DNA of 64,000 nt from Candidatus Poribacteria bacterium (GCA_963663765.2 CAXXUA010000013.1:352001-416000); one strand, 5' to 3'. Positions 37,666-48,761 are shown, counted from the stretch's first letter. Notes: generated from the letters alone by a model not told the origin. Made by a program: numbers and translations.

Positions 37666-37847
37666 TATTTACTTCCTACTTGAAAAGACCAAATTATCTT
37701 TATGATATGTAATGTAATTCTTTAGTTGAAATTATAGGTTGAAATTGTTGCATTTATATTGAGAATTCAGTGAATTTTGTTGACACATAATCAACATTAC
37801 TGAAAACAAAGTCGCGTCCCAATATACACTTGAGACAAGGAATTATT

Positions 37848-37877
37848 TTGACACATTATACCACTTTGTGCTAAAAT
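37848..37877 (+). promoter_or_regulatory. sigma70 promoter upstream of leuS
   Basis: TTGACA-18 bp-TAAAAT with TGn extension. Confidence 0.55.
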
Positions 37878-37996
37878 TCTACAACATAAATTTATACGCT
37901 ATTAACCGGCAATGAATTGAACTTATCGCCTAAATGGCTTTCATTGTTTATTGTATGATGTCTATTGAATAGATAGGTAAGGAGAAACATTTTATA

Positions 37997-40549
37997 ATGG
38001 AGAACTTTAGTTATGCTCCTGGAGAGATCGAGCCGTATTGGCAAGCTGCATGGCGCGAAAAGGAAGCATTCAAAATCCCAAATGATATTGAAACATTAAG
38101 AAAGAAACCGAAATTCTATGTGCTTGGTATGTTCCCATATACATCAGGGGCAGGTCTTCATATTGGACACGCAAAAAACTATGTACCAACCGATGTACTG
38201 GCGAATTTCAAACGTATGCAAGGTTACCATGTGATGCATCCAATGGGTTGGGATGCGTTTGGACTCCCAACTGAACGAACCGCTGTCAGAGAAAATGAAC
38301 ATCCAGCACATATTACAAAAAGGAATACTGAAACTTTTCAACAACAAATCCAACGAATCGGTTTCTCCTACGATTGGTCCCGTAAAATAGACACCTCCCT
38401 ACCTGAATACTATAGATGGACTCAATGGATTTTTCTCCGACTATTTGAAAAAGATTTGGCATACCTTGCAGATGTTCCTGTCAACTGGTGTCCAGCATTA
38501 GGTACTGTCCTTTCAAATGAAGAAGTAAAGGATGGAAAATACGTTGAGACTGGTGACCCAGTTGAACGGCGTCTGATGCGCCAATGGATGCTCAAAATCA
38601 CTGCTTATGCGGAACGACTCTTAGATGACCTGGATCTATTGGACTGGCCTGATGGTCTAAAAGAGATGCAACGGAATTGGATCGGAAAATCAGAAGGTGC
38701 AGAAATAACCTTTGATGTCAAGGATCACGATGCAACATTTGATGTCTTCACGACAAGACCTGACACTCTGTTCGGTGCAACCTATTGTGTTCTTGCACCT
38801 GAACATCATCTTGTCCCTCAAATAACACATCCTGACGCTGCACTTGCAGTTACTGCTTATGTTGACGAAGCGATAAATAAATCCGATCTTCAACGCACAG
38901 ACCTTGCTACAGAAAAGACTGGTGTTTTCACAGGAACTTATGCAGTTAATCCTTGTAATAATAAACCGATTCCTATCTGGGTTGCAGACTATGTCCTTAT
39001 GACTTATGGGACAGGTGCTATCATGGCAGTTCCAGGACATGATGAACGTGACCATGATTTTGCTACCACTTTTGGTATTCCTATAGTTGAGGTAATCAGC
39101 GGTGGTGAGAAACCGATTGTTGAAGAAGCTTTTGCAGGGGATGGTGTTTGTGTCAACTCTGACTTTCTTAACGGTCTACAGGTTGGTGATGCTAAGGAAA
39201 AGATGATCAACTGGCTTGAAAGTGAAAAGAAGGGGAAAAGACAAGTTCAGTATAAGTTGCGTGATTGGCTTTTTTCAAGGCAAAGGTATTGGGGTGAACC
39301 TTTCCCTTTAGTGCATCTTGATGATGGTACTATCATTCAACTACCAGACTACCAACTTCCTATAGAACTACCACCAATTGATGCCTACAAACCGACAGAA
39401 GATGGCAGACCTCCACTTGCTCGTGCTGATGTATCGTGGTTGAAGGTGAAACTCCCAGATGGAACAATCGCAACGCGTGAAACAAACATCATGCCACAGT
39501 GGGCAGGTTCGTGTTGGTATTATCTCAGGTTTTTGGATGCGAAAAATAGAGATGCCCCTTTTGATACAAAACTTGAACGCTACTGGATGCCTGTTGACTT
39601 ATATATGGGTGGTACAGAACATGCTGTACTGCATTTGCTTTATGCACGATTTTGGCATAAGGTTCTATATGACTGCGGGTTAGTTTCTACAAAAGAACCT
39701 TTTCAAGGACTCCTTAACCAAGGTATCATTCTTGCTGAATCTTTTCAAGATGAAGCAGGAAAATACTACTATCCTCACGAGGTAGAACGTGATCAGGATA
39801 ATGCAACTGCTTCAACCACTGGTAAAACACTACAAATTCAGATGGAAAAAATGTCAAAATCGCGCTTTAACGTCATCAATTCCAATGATGTTATTGACAG
39901 ATACGGTGCAGATGCACTTCGTCTCTATTTACTATTTATTGGTCCGGTTACTAAGAGCGCACCTTGGCAGGACAGTGGTGTTGAAGGTGTGTATCGTTTC
40001 CTTCAACGCGTCTGGTGGCTTGTAGTTGATAAGAAGAGTGGTGAACTCAATGATAAGTTGACCGACACTGCAGGTACAACGGAGTCTGAACTTTGGCGTG
40101 AACTCCATAATACCATAAAGCAAGTAACAGAGGATACCGAATCAGTTGATAAAATGAATACAGCGATCAGTCAAATGATGATTTTTGCAAATACAGCAAC
40201 ACAGAGCAAATCACTACCTATAGAGACGGTTAAGATATTTCTACGTCTACTTGCACCTTATGCACCACATCTTGCACAAGAGTTGTGGCACCGTCTGGGT
40301 GAAACAGGTTTTATTGCCCATAGTACATGGCCGGCACATGATGAAAGTGTACTTGAAAGTGCAATGATTACCATTATCGCACAAGTCAATGGGAAACTTC
40401 GAAGTCGTCTCCAACTACCAGCAGATGCTACTGACAAAGAGATAGAGGAAACCGCACTTGCAGATGAGCGCGTCCAACGTTTTATTGAAGGAAAGGAAAT
40501 TAGGAAAGTAATTGTCGTTCCAAACCGTCTTATTAATATCGTAGTTTAG
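37997..40549 (+). CDS. leuS: leucine--tRNA ligase
   Basis: MFPYTSGAGLHIGH, GWDAFGLP, FTTRPDTLFG, GTGAIMAVPGHD, DWLFSRQRYWG, KMSKS. Confidence 0.97.
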   Translation: MENFSYAPGEIEPYWQAAWREKEAFKIPNDIETLRKKPKFYVLGMFPYTSGAGLHIGHAKNYVPTDVLANFKRMQGYHVMHPMGWDAFGLPTERTAVRENEHPAHITKRNTETFQQQIQRIGFSYDWSRKIDTSLPEYYRWTQWIFLRLFEKDLAYLADVPVNWCPALGTVLSNEEVKDGKYVETGDPVERRLMRQWMLKITAYAERLLDDLDLLDWPDGLKEMQRNWIGKSEGAEITFDVKDHDATFDVFTTRPDTLFGATYCVLAPEHHLVPQITHPDAALAVTAYVDEAINKSDLQRTDLATEKTGVFTGTYAVNPCNNKPIPIWVADYVLMTYGTGAIMAVPGHDERDHDFATTFGIPIVEVISGGEKPIVEEAFAGDGVCVNSDFLNGLQVGDAKEKMINWLESEKKGKRQVQYKLRDWLFSRQRYWGEPFPLVHLDDGTIIQLPDYQLPIELPPIDAYKPTEDGRPPLARADVSWLKVKLPDGTIATRETNIMPQWAGSCWYYLRFLDAKNRDAPFDTKLERYWMPVDLYMGGTEHAVLHLLYARFWHKVLYDCGLVSTKEPFQGLLNQGIILAESFQDEAGKYYYPHEVERDQDNATASTTGKTLQIQMEKMSKSRFNVINSNDVIDRYGADALRLYLLFIGPVTKSAPWQDSGVEGVYRFLQRVWWLVVDKKSGELNDKLTDTAGTTESELWRELHNTIKQVTEDTESVDKMNTAISQMMIFANTATQSKSLPIETVKIFLRLLAPYAPHLAQELWHRLGETGFIAHSTWPAHDESVLESAMITIIAQVNGKLRSRLQLPADATDKEIEETALADERVQRFIEGKEIRKVIVVPNRLINIVV

Positions 40550-40555
40550 AGACAT

Positions 40556-40721
40556 GGCGTCAATTTAAGAAAAAATGTTGGTGTTTTTCTTGTAGGAGGG
40601 TTTTCAACCCCGATATGAGAGGATAAGTACACAAAATCCAAATCAACGTCAGAAGCTCGTTTGGCTTCTGTCGGGGTTGAAAACCCCTCCCACAGGAGGT
40701 CAGAATCCTTAAATTGACGCC
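40556..40721. mobile_element. MITE with perfect 14-bp TIRs carrying a REP pair
   Basis: ggcgtcaatttaag ... cttaaattgacgcc; internal gtaggagggttttcaaccccga / tcggggttgaaaacccctcc. Confidence 0.7.
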
Positions 40722-40884
40722 TAAGGTGCGGTTTCCTAACCAATGCAGAATACCAAACGCGTATTCTGCTGAAATTAAAAATATGATTTATCAAACTCAC
40801 GTTAGTAATTAACATTATGAAAATTATACCAAATAGGGTAATACAAGTAGTAAAAACAACTTCATTCTGATATTAGGAGTTCTT

Positions 40885-41901
40885 ATGCATTTCAAAAAAA
40901 TGGCTTGTGTTTTCATATTTGTTATTGCATTCAGTGAAGTTGTATTTGCACAAGGTAAATTAGTCTTTACCATGAAGGAACCGCTACAAACGGAGGCAGG
41001 TTTCCGTGGAACAGTGGGTAGGTTGGAACCCAAACAGAATACAGATTATTGGTGGGACTTTTACCATTACAGTATTTGTTCAATGAATCCTGATGGCACA
41101 GACTTAAAACGACTTACCACTGATGGAACATCACGTAGACCACGTATGTCACCCGATGGTGAGAGAATTGCCTATACATCGGGTTATACAGGGAAAATCT
41201 CGTTTAATATAATGTGGACAGATGGTTCTGAGAATGAAAGATATATCAAGAATGTATATGACATCCATGACTTCTGGTGGTCTCCCAAAAGTAACGCTGT
41301 TTTAGTTGTTGTTGAGATTGATCGTGATAAAGACCGGTTTGAGAATTGGGAAGTAAGTGTCACTGGTAAAACAAAACGATGGCGGAGCGAAAGGTTTGCT
41401 AAAGGTTGGTTACATTGGGACGAAACAGGTGATAAAGTCATCACACCGCACAACAGATTACTTGAAGTGTTGCCTGAGGGAATAAGTTGGCCCAAGTGGT
41501 CTCCAGATGGAAAATGGATTGCATTTACATATAATCGTCAACTTGCTCTTGCAGAACCCGATGTCATCAGCATTGGCAGAAGATGGTCACTTCAAAATGG
41601 AGAACCGCCGTGTGATGGAGTTGTAGAGTGGTCACCCGACGGTAAAAAGATATTGTTTTATGTAGGTGGTGAGATCTGTATAGCTTTTGTAAATAAGGGA
41701 AGATTCATGGGATTTCGGAATATGAGTTTATACAGAGGTCGTGACGCGACATGGAGTCCAGATGGACAACACATTGCGTTTATTGGTGCGAATACGAGTG
41801 GTCGTCGCACGAATGAAATCTTTATTATTGATGGTAAGACCCGCGCTATGCATCAGATTACCTCAGGTCTAAACGATTACTATGATCTGCATTGGCGATG
41901 A
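40885..41901 (+). CDS. secreted TolB-like (PD40) beta-propeller protein
   Basis: signal peptide; repeated SPDG..IA(Y/F) motifs. Confidence 0.75.
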   Translation: MHFKKMACVFIFVIAFSEVVFAQGKLVFTMKEPLQTEAGFRGTVGRLEPKQNTDYWWDFYHYSICSMNPDGTDLKRLTTDGTSRRPRMSPDGERIAYTSGYTGKISFNIMWTDGSENERYIKNVYDIHDFWWSPKSNAVLVVVEIDRDKDRFENWEVSVTGKTKRWRSERFAKGWLHWDETGDKVITPHNRLLEVLPEGISWPKWSPDGKWIAFTYNRQLALAEPDVISIGRRWSLQNGEPPCDGVVEWSPDGKKILFYVGGEICIAFVNKGRFMGFRNMSLYRGRDATWSPDGQHIAFIGANTSGRRTNEIFIIDGKTRAMHQITSGLNDYYDLHWR

Positions 41902-41982
41902 AGATATTTCCTGAACATGTTATTAGATGTAAATATGTATATTCCAAAACACAGTAATGAAAACACATAGGAGTTAAGCCAC

Positions 41983-43656
41983 TTGCAAAACGATTCAAGT
42001 TCCCAAGTTTCAATCATTCCATTAGGTGGATTAGGTGAATTCGGACTCAACATGATGGTCTATGAAACCGAAAATGACATCATTGTCATAGATACGGGTT
42101 TTATGTTGCCAAATGCGGATATGCCGGGGGTTGATTTGATATTTCCCGATATTCACTATCTCGTTGACAACAAAGAAAAGGTACGCGGTATCCTTCTCAC
42201 ACATGGTCATGAAGACCATATCGGTGCATTATCTTATGTGTTACAGCAAATTGATGCACCAGTTTACGGAACACAACTGACGCTTTCGATCGCAAGAGGA
42301 AGATTGAAAGAATATGGGGTGTTAGGGAAAGCCGATTTGAATGCTATCAAACCTGGAGATAATGTTGACTTAGGCGACTTTTCTGCTGAGTTCATACATG
42401 TCACACATAGCATACCTGATTCGGTTGCGATTGCATTACGAACTCCAGTCGGTGTTTTTGTTCATACAGGTGATTTTAAATTTGATGCGACTCCTATTGA
42501 TGGTAAATTATCTGATATTCAATCCTTAGCACGGTTGGGGGATGAAGGTGTTCAGCTACTGCTCTCCGATAGTACGAACGCGAATTGGCAAGGACAAACA
42601 CCATCAGAACGTAGCATTTACGACTCTATAGACAGTATCTTTCAGAACACTGAACAAAAACTGTTTCTCTGCACCTTTTCTTCAAGCATACACAGGCTTC
42701 AGCAATTTGTAAATTTAGCTGAAAAACACCGGCGACTTGTTGCCGTAACTGGTCGTTCTCTTACGAATAATGTCCGCATTGCAACCGAACTTGGTCACTT
42801 AAAGATGAATCCGGATTACCTTATTGATGCGCGTGATGTTGCTTCATTCAAACCTCATGAGGTGGTTGTTCTTAGCACTGGTAGCCAAGGTGAGCCTAGA
42901 TCCGCGATGGCGTTGATGGCACTTGATAACCACCCATATCTGGACGTAGAACCAAATGATACTGTTGTAATTTCTGCTCGAATTATCCCAGGAAACGAAA
43001 AATCCGTAGGAAATGTAATAAATCATCTGTTAAGACGTGGTGCGAATATTTATCATGAACGCAATGCAAATGTGCATGTGTCCGGACACGGTTCAAGTGA
43101 AGACCTGAAACTGATGATAAATCTCTTACAACCAAAGTTTTTCATACCAATACACGGAGAATATCAGAACCTTGTTCGACATGCTGAACTTGCTGAATCT
43201 GTCGGTATACCAAGAGACAATATTAGAGTAGCTGAAGATGGAGAACTTATTAGTATCACACCTGATTCATGTGAAGTGTTTGAACGAAAGGGACGTTCTG
43301 GTAGAGTTCTTGTTGATGGCAAACCAGAAAATGAACTTGAAGACATTGTTCTGCGAGACAGAATTCAACTCTCACAAGATGGCATGGTCATTCCTATTGT
43401 TGTCCTGCACAGTGATGGCAAGGAGATTGCCACTGAACCTGAGATAATATCTCGTGGTTTTGTCTATATGGATGAATCAGAAGAACTCATTAATGAAGCG
43501 AAAGAAATTACACGGGGTGTCATTGCAAACCTTACTGATGAACAGAAGCAAGAAACGGAAATTGTGCAGGATGAGATCAGAACAGTATTACGTCGTTTCT
43601 TTTCAAAGCAGATGCAGCGAAGTCCTTTAGTGCTTCCTGTAGTGATGCGTGTGTAA
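41983..43656 (+). CDS. rnj: ribonuclease J
   Basis: PLGGLGEFGLNM, THGHEDHIG, HSIPD, HTGDFK, GSQGEP, HVSGH, PIHGE. Confidence 0.95.
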   Translation: MQNDSSSQVSIIPLGGLGEFGLNMMVYETENDIIVIDTGFMLPNADMPGVDLIFPDIHYLVDNKEKVRGILLTHGHEDHIGALSYVLQQIDAPVYGTQLTLSIARGRLKEYGVLGKADLNAIKPGDNVDLGDFSAEFIHVTHSIPDSVAIALRTPVGVFVHTGDFKFDATPIDGKLSDIQSLARLGDEGVQLLLSDSTNANWQGQTPSERSIYDSIDSIFQNTEQKLFLCTFSSSIHRLQQFVNLAEKHRRLVAVTGRSLTNNVRIATELGHLKMNPDYLIDARDVASFKPHEVVVLSTGSQGEPRSAMALMALDNHPYLDVEPNDTVVISARIIPGNEKSVGNVINHLLRRGANIYHERNANVHVSGHGSSEDLKLMINLLQPKFFIPIHGEYQNLVRHAELAESVGIPRDNIRVAEDGELISITPDSCEVFERKGRSGRVLVDGKPENELEDIVLRDRIQLSQDGMVIPIVVLHSDGKEIATEPEIISRGFVYMDESEELINEAKEITRGVIANLTDEQKQETEIVQDEIRTVLRRFFSKQMQRSPLVLPVVMRV

Positions 43657-43669
43657 TAGGATATAAGAA

Positions 43670-44584
43670 CTATAATTCCCACAACATCACAGAATGATCT
43701 TCACTACCACTTGCGAGTGTAGTACCATCGGGTGAGAACGCAATATTCTTAACTGAACCGATATGTCCTTTGAGTTCCTTTTTGACTTCACCTGTAGTTG
43801 CATGGACTAAACGCACAGAACCATCACGACCACCGATTGCAATTGTTCCACCATCAGGAGAATATGCTACACTCCACACATAAAACTTATAATCTGCAAT
43901 AGTAGTTTTTCTGCGTGGGGCAGATGTATCCCATAACCGCACCGTACCGTCAGAACTCCCTGTAACGATGGAGCTGCCGTCGGGTGAATAATCAACTGAA
44001 TTAACAACGTGTGTATGTCCTTTGAGGGATGTCTTAGATTGTCCTGTAGCTGCGTGCCATAAAATCACTAATTCATCCGAACTTGCAGTTGCAATTGTGC
44101 TGCCATCAGGTGAATACGTAATACTTCTGATAGACCCTGAATGACCCTTAAGTGTTGCTTTTGGTTCTTCTTTGGTAGTATTCCAGAGTATTCCTATATT
44201 GTCTGCACCACCACTTGCAAGCGTACTACCGTCAGGTGAATATGCCAATGCCCTCACATAGTCCCTATGCTCTGATAGTGTTGCTTTAGGAAGTCCAGGA
44301 GCACTATCCCATAGCCAAATCTCTTCGTAGCTGCCTGAAGCAACAGTTTTTCCATCAGGTGAAAATGCAACACTCCAAACGTATTCTGTATGTCCAGCAA
44401 GGAGACTTACTTCATCTCCAGTTTCAACGTCATAAATCCATGTTCCGATGTCCCCTGCAACAGCAAGTCGTGATCCATCGGGAGAGAAAGCAACATTACC
44501 AATAATACTACTTTTTCCAAGTCGAAATCTTGCACCTTCAGGTAGTTTTGTTTGTGAAGTGTCCTGGTCTTTATTCGTATTCAT
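43670..44584 (-). CDS. WD40-repeat protein
   Basis: LPEGARFRLGK N-terminus; repeated GH..V.S.A(F/Y)SPDG.T.A.G; start placed at ATG 44584. Confidence 0.85.
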   Translation of the reverse strand: MNTNKDQDTSQTKLPEGARFRLGKSSIIGNVAFSPDGSRLAVAGDIGTWIYDVETGDEVSLLAGHTEYVWSVAFSPDGKTVASGSYEEIWLWDSAPGLPKATLSEHRDYVRALAYSPDGSTLASGGADNIGILWNTTKEEPKATLKGHSGSIRSITYSPDGSTIATASSDELVILWHAATGQSKTSLKGHTHVVNSVDYSPDGSSIVTGSSDGTVRLWDTSAPRRKTTIADYKFYVWSVAYSPDGGTIAIGGRDGSVRLVHATTGEVKKELKGHIGSVKNIAFSPDGTTLASGSEDHSVMLWEL

Positions 44585-44658
44585 TATATATGTTCCTTTG
44601 CAATGTTCTGGATAAAGTATAGCACAGATGTACGAATAAAGCAATTGTTTGGTGCACG

Positions 44659-46118
44659 GGGGTGTGTAAAGTTTTTGTCACAAGAATGTACTGAATACAG
44701 ATCTTGCTTAGTATTAGGTAAAATGGTATCCTTCTATAAAACAGAATTTTTATCAGAGAGGATACCAATGTTTAGTATATCATTAGCAAGTTGTGAAGTC
44801 AAAGAGTTTAGAGAAGATGCAAACCATTTTGTAGAAAAGATCAATAATGTTTTACACACCCTTAGTTCAGACAGTCTTTATGTAGACGCTATGGAGATAT
44901 TAGCCTTTGAGACGATGCGTTCGTTAGGTCAAATGATGTTAGAAATGGTTGTTCTCAAACATTCCGTTGAACAAGTTTCTGGATCTGTTGAATGTCCACA
45001 ATGTCAACAAGCGTGTCGTCCGTATCGTAAAAGAGAACGCCGTATTACGACGCTATGTGGTGTTATTCGTGTTGACCGTTGGGTGTATCGTTGTGCTTCG
45101 GGTCATTATCATTTTCCGTGGGATACGAAAGAAAAGTTGAAAGGTCAATACACACATCGTGTAGCTGAAGTGATGTGTCGTATGTCTGCGCGTCTTGACT
45201 TCAGGGAGGCAGCAGAGGAGTTGTCTCGTCAAGGGATAGAAGTCAGTCATACGACCCTCAATCAAAATGTGCGTGAATGGTCAAAAGCGTTGCGGGATTC
45301 ACAACAAGTGGAAACACAAAAACTTGATGCAAATCAGCGTTGGTATGTGAGTTGTGATGGATGCCACACCAACTCACAAGAGGGGTGGAAAGAAACCAAA
45401 GTTGGTTGTATTTATAGAGATTATCCACAACCTCCAAATAGTTCTGGTGCGACACCGAGTGCGAGAACACCAAGCATTCGTTATGTTGCGGAGCGTGAGA
45501 ATGCTGCTCATTTCGGTAAAGAGTTGTATAAGTTAGCAACGCAGAGCGGCATCTATCAAGAAGATATAGGCACGCAAGAAGTCGTGTTTATCGGCGATGG
45601 TGCTGCGTGGATATGGAACTTAGCGGCTGAATACTTCCCGAATGCTGTAGAGATTGTGGATTACATGCATGCCAAATCTCATCTGTATAATGTTGCGAAA
45701 CACGCCTTCGGTGAGACAGAAACAGAAGACGTAGAAACTTGGGTCGCAGAGACAGAACCCTTTCTTTTTGATGGCAACATTTCAGAAGTAGTCTCACGTA
45801 TCCGTGCTTTAGGCACACAGCACCCAGACGTTTGTGAGATTTTAGTAAGAGAAACTGGTTATTTTGAAAAACACGCGAAACGGATGCAATATAAAACGTT
45901 TAGAGAAAAGGGGTATCAGGTTGGGAGTGGTGTGATTGAGAGTGCGTGTAAACATGTTGTGGGACAAAGGTGTAAACAAGCTTCTATGAGATGGAAAAAA
46001 GAAGGTATCAACTCAGTGCTTGCCTTACGGTGTTTAGACAAAAATGAGGCGTGGGACAGATATTGGAATAAATTTGCACAAGCAGCATGACAATTATAAC
46101 CAAAACTTTACACACCCC
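44659..46118 (+). mobile_element. ISKra4-family insertion sequence
   Basis: TIRs ggggtgtgtaaagtttt (44659) / aaaactttacacacccc (ends 46118) enclosing the transposase. Confidence 0.85.
44768..46090 (+). CDS. ISKra4-family (UPF0236-like) DDE transposase
   Basis: CPQC, SCDG, GDGAAWIW, DYMHA, GSGVIESACK, RCKQASMRW; GAGG RBS before ATG 44768. Confidence 0.88.
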   Translation: MFSISLASCEVKEFREDANHFVEKINNVLHTLSSDSLYVDAMEILAFETMRSLGQMMLEMVVLKHSVEQVSGSVECPQCQQACRPYRKRERRITTLCGVIRVDRWVYRCASGHYHFPWDTKEKLKGQYTHRVAEVMCRMSARLDFREAAEELSRQGIEVSHTTLNQNVREWSKALRDSQQVETQKLDANQRWYVSCDGCHTNSQEGWKETKVGCIYRDYPQPPNSSGATPSARTPSIRYVAERENAAHFGKELYKLATQSGIYQEDIGTQEVVFIGDGAAWIWNLAAEYFPNAVEIVDYMHAKSHLYNVAKHAFGETETEDVETWVAETEPFLFDGNISEVVSRIRALGTQHPDVCEILVRETGYFEKHAKRMQYKTFREKGYQVGSGVIESACKHVVGQRCKQASMRWKKEGINSVLALRCLDKNEAWDRYWNKFAQAA

Positions 46119-46122
46119 ATAG

Positions 46123-46476
46123 GTGGGTGTGTAAAGTTTTTGCACAGAGGTACAAACTTTTGTTCTCTTAAGTCCCGTAGGGACGCAATGTTTATAGATA
46201 GGTGTAATCACCCTCTCTTGAGTTCCGTAGGAACGACATAGAAGAATAAACATATCGTCCCTACGGGACTGAAGAACTGGGAAGGGTACTTGTTTTCTAT
46301 AAACATATCGTCCCTACGGGACTGAAGAGTATGGTTGATATTAACAATATTTCCTTATATTGACACCTATGGGTCTCTGTGCCCGCAATCTCTCATTTAA
46401 TCAGTTGCGGTGGGGCACAGAGACCCCGCTCTACAATGGAGAATGTGCAGTTTGTGCAAAAACTTTACACACTCAC
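46123..46476. mobile_element. non-autonomous MITE with ISKra4-type ends
   Basis: gtgggtgtgtaaagtttttgcaca / tgtgcaaaaactttacacactcac, flanked by atag; internal gtcccgtagggacg-type palindromes and gggtctctgtgccc..gggcacagagaccc. Confidence 0.75.
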
Positions 46477-46530
46477 ATAGGTGGCCAGGGCTATTTAGTT
46501 TTAGGTGCTTCCTACCTCTTGGATTAACTC

Positions 46531-46572
46531 TTGAAAACACATTCCACAATGTGTATAATTAATATGTGGAAT
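46531..46572 (+). promoter_or_regulatory. leuC promoter with overlapping inverted repeat
   Basis: TTGAAA-17 bp-TATAAT; attccaca...tgtggaat inverted repeat. Confidence 0.55.
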
Positions 46573-46617
46573 TTATATCTTAATGTAGGACAATCAGAAC
46601 TGAGGAAATAGAAAATT

Positions 46618-48018
46618 ATGCGAAAAACAATGTACGAAAAAATATGGGAAGCGCATCTCGTTCGCGCATCCGAAGACGAGGTGCCGATCCTATATATTGA
46701 CACACACCTTGTTCACGAAGTGACATCCCCACAAGCATTTGAAGGTTTACGACTCAACAACCGAAAGGTACGCCGTCCCGAATTCACTTTTGCTACGATG
46801 GATCATAACGTACCGACAACCGATAGAAGTTTACCGATAAAAGACCTAATAGCAGCGAAACAGATGGAGACGCTTGCACAGAACTGCGCTGAATTTGACA
46901 TTCCTCTGTATGACATCAATAGTCCTGAACAAGGTATTGTGCATGTAATTGGTCCAGAACTGGGTATCACGCAACCCGGAAAGACGATTGTATGTGGGGA
47001 TAGCCACACCTCAACGCACGGTGCACTTGGTGCGCTTGCTTTCGGCATCGGCACAAGTGAAATAGAGCATGTCCTCGCGACGCAGTGCCTATTGCAACAT
47101 AAATCAGAAACCTTTGAGATAAGAGTAGATGGGACACTCCCCTACGGTGTAACTGCAAAGGATATTATCCTCTCTATTATCGGACATATCGGCATAGATG
47201 GTGGCAATGGTGCTGTGGTTGAATATACAGGTTCCACGATCCGCGCACTTAGTATAGAAGAACGGATGACGGTATGTAATATGTCTATAGAAGCGGGTGC
47301 ACGTGCGGGTATGATTGCTCCTGATGACAAAACATACCAATACCTTACAGATAAACAATTTGCACCGAAAGGTGAAGCGTTTGATGATGCAGTTGAACGG
47401 TGGAAGCAACTACCGACTGACGAAGGTGCAACCTATGACCGAACTTTACAACTCAACGCAACGGATATTGCACCGCAGGTAACTTGGGGAACGAATCCCG
47501 GAATGGTTACGGCTGTTACTGGACGTGTACCAAACCCTAATGATATGGGTACAACTGATGATAAACGCGCTGCAGAACATGCGTTAGAATATATGGATCT
47601 AAAACCTGGTACTCCGATGACAGATATTATTGTAGATAGGGTTTTCATCGGTAGTTGCACGAATTCCCGTATAAGCGATTTACGGGCTGCAGCAGAAGTT
47701 ATAAAGGGACGGAAGGTCTCAGAATCTGTCAATGCAATGGTTGTTCCAGGTTCACAAGCAGTCAAACGGCAGGCGGAAGCAGAAGGACTTGATGATATTT
47801 TCCGATCAGCAGGCTTTGATTGGCGAGAAGCGGGTTGTAGTATGTGTCTCGGTATGAATCCCGATATTTTGATGCCAGGACAAAGGTGTGCCAGCACATC
47901 AAATCGGAACTTTGAAGGAAGACAAGGTAAGGGAGGACGCACACACCTTGTTAGTCCACAGATGGCAGCTGCGACGGCAGTAACTGGACACTTTGTTGAT
48001 ATCCGTACGTTCAATTAG
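46618..48018 (+). CDS. leuC: 3-isopropylmalate dehydratase large subunit
   Basis: [52 protein letters not shown]. Confidence 0.97.
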   Translation: MRKTMYEKIWEAHLVRASEDEVPILYIDTHLVHEVTSPQAFEGLRLNNRKVRRPEFTFATMDHNVPTTDRSLPIKDLIAAKQMETLAQNCAEFDIPLYDINSPEQGIVHVIGPELGITQPGKTIVCGDSHTSTHGALGALAFGIGTSEIEHVLATQCLLQHKSETFEIRVDGTLPYGVTAKDIILSIIGHIGIDGGNGAVVEYTGSTIRALSIEERMTVCNMSIEAGARAGMIAPDDKTYQYLTDKQFAPKGEAFDDAVERWKQLPTDEGATYDRTLQLNATDIAPQVTWGTNPGMVTAVTGRVPNPNDMGTTDDKRAAEHALEYMDLKPGTPMTDIIVDRVFIGSCTNSRISDLRAAAEVIKGRKVSESVNAMVVPGSQAVKRQAEAEGLDDIFRSAGFDWREAGCSMCLGMNPDILMPGQRCASTSNRNFEGRQGKGGRTHLVSPQMAAATAVTGHFVDIRTFN

Positions 48019-48084
48019 ATTTTTTAATTAATTTGTTTATATCAAAAATGGTAACACCTATTCCTAAGAAAAAAGGAGATAACA

Positions 48085-48291
48085 ATGGAATCTACAATTA
48101 TAGAAAAAATTAGGAATCTTCCACCTGATTTACAAATTGAGGTTATTCATTATATAGATTACCTTCATACAAAAAAAAATATAAAACGAAAAAAGACACC
48201 GAGATTGAATTGGTTCGGTGGATTAAATGCGTATCGTGACCAGTACACAGCCCTTGAACTACAGAAAAAAGCATTAGATTGGAGGAATTAG
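48085..48291 (+). CDS. DUF2281-like antitoxin
   Basis: LPPDLQIEVIHYIDYL, W.GGL...RDQYTALELQKKALDWR; translationally coupled to a PIN gene. Confidence 0.75.
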   Translation: MESTIIEKIRNLPPDLQIEVIHYIDYLHTKKNIKRKKTPRLNWFGGLNAYRDQYTALELQKKALDWRN

Positions 48292-48684
48292 TGTACCTTA
48301 TTGATACTAATATATTCCTTGTAGCTTTGTTGGAACAAGATAAAGCAGAAGATGTAAAAATTTTCCTACAAACTATTGATTTGAGAACAATATTCATAAC
48401 GGATTTTTCACTTCATTCTATTGGTATTATACTACATAGATTAAAAAAAAATTGGGTTATTTAGTTCGTTTTTAAAAGATATAATTGTTGATGGAATTGG
48501 TATCCTTTCTTTACCGACAGAAGAACTTAAAACGTTAGAACTGACTGTAGCAAAATATAACTTTGACTTTGATGATGCATATCAATATGCAGCCGCAGTT
48601 AAATATGATATGCAAATCATCAGTTTTGATTCAGATTTTGATCGTACAGAAAAAAGTCGAAAAGAACCAACTGAGGTAATATAA
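48291..48684 (+). pseudogene. vapC: VapC/PIN toxin, frameshifted in an A9 run
   Basis: YLIDTNIFL, TDFSLHSIG, then a frame change at 48443-48451 to FDFDDAYQY, IISFDSDFDRT. Confidence 0.8.
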
Positions 48685-48761
48685 CGTAATATAACAAATT
48701 TATAGATTTATTATGTCTGAATACACCCAATAAAAACCTATATACACAAGGGAAAATAACT

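Noticed and set aside
37880-37996. T-box or attenuator upstream of leuS
   Set aside because: The leader is too short and lacks the T-box consensus.
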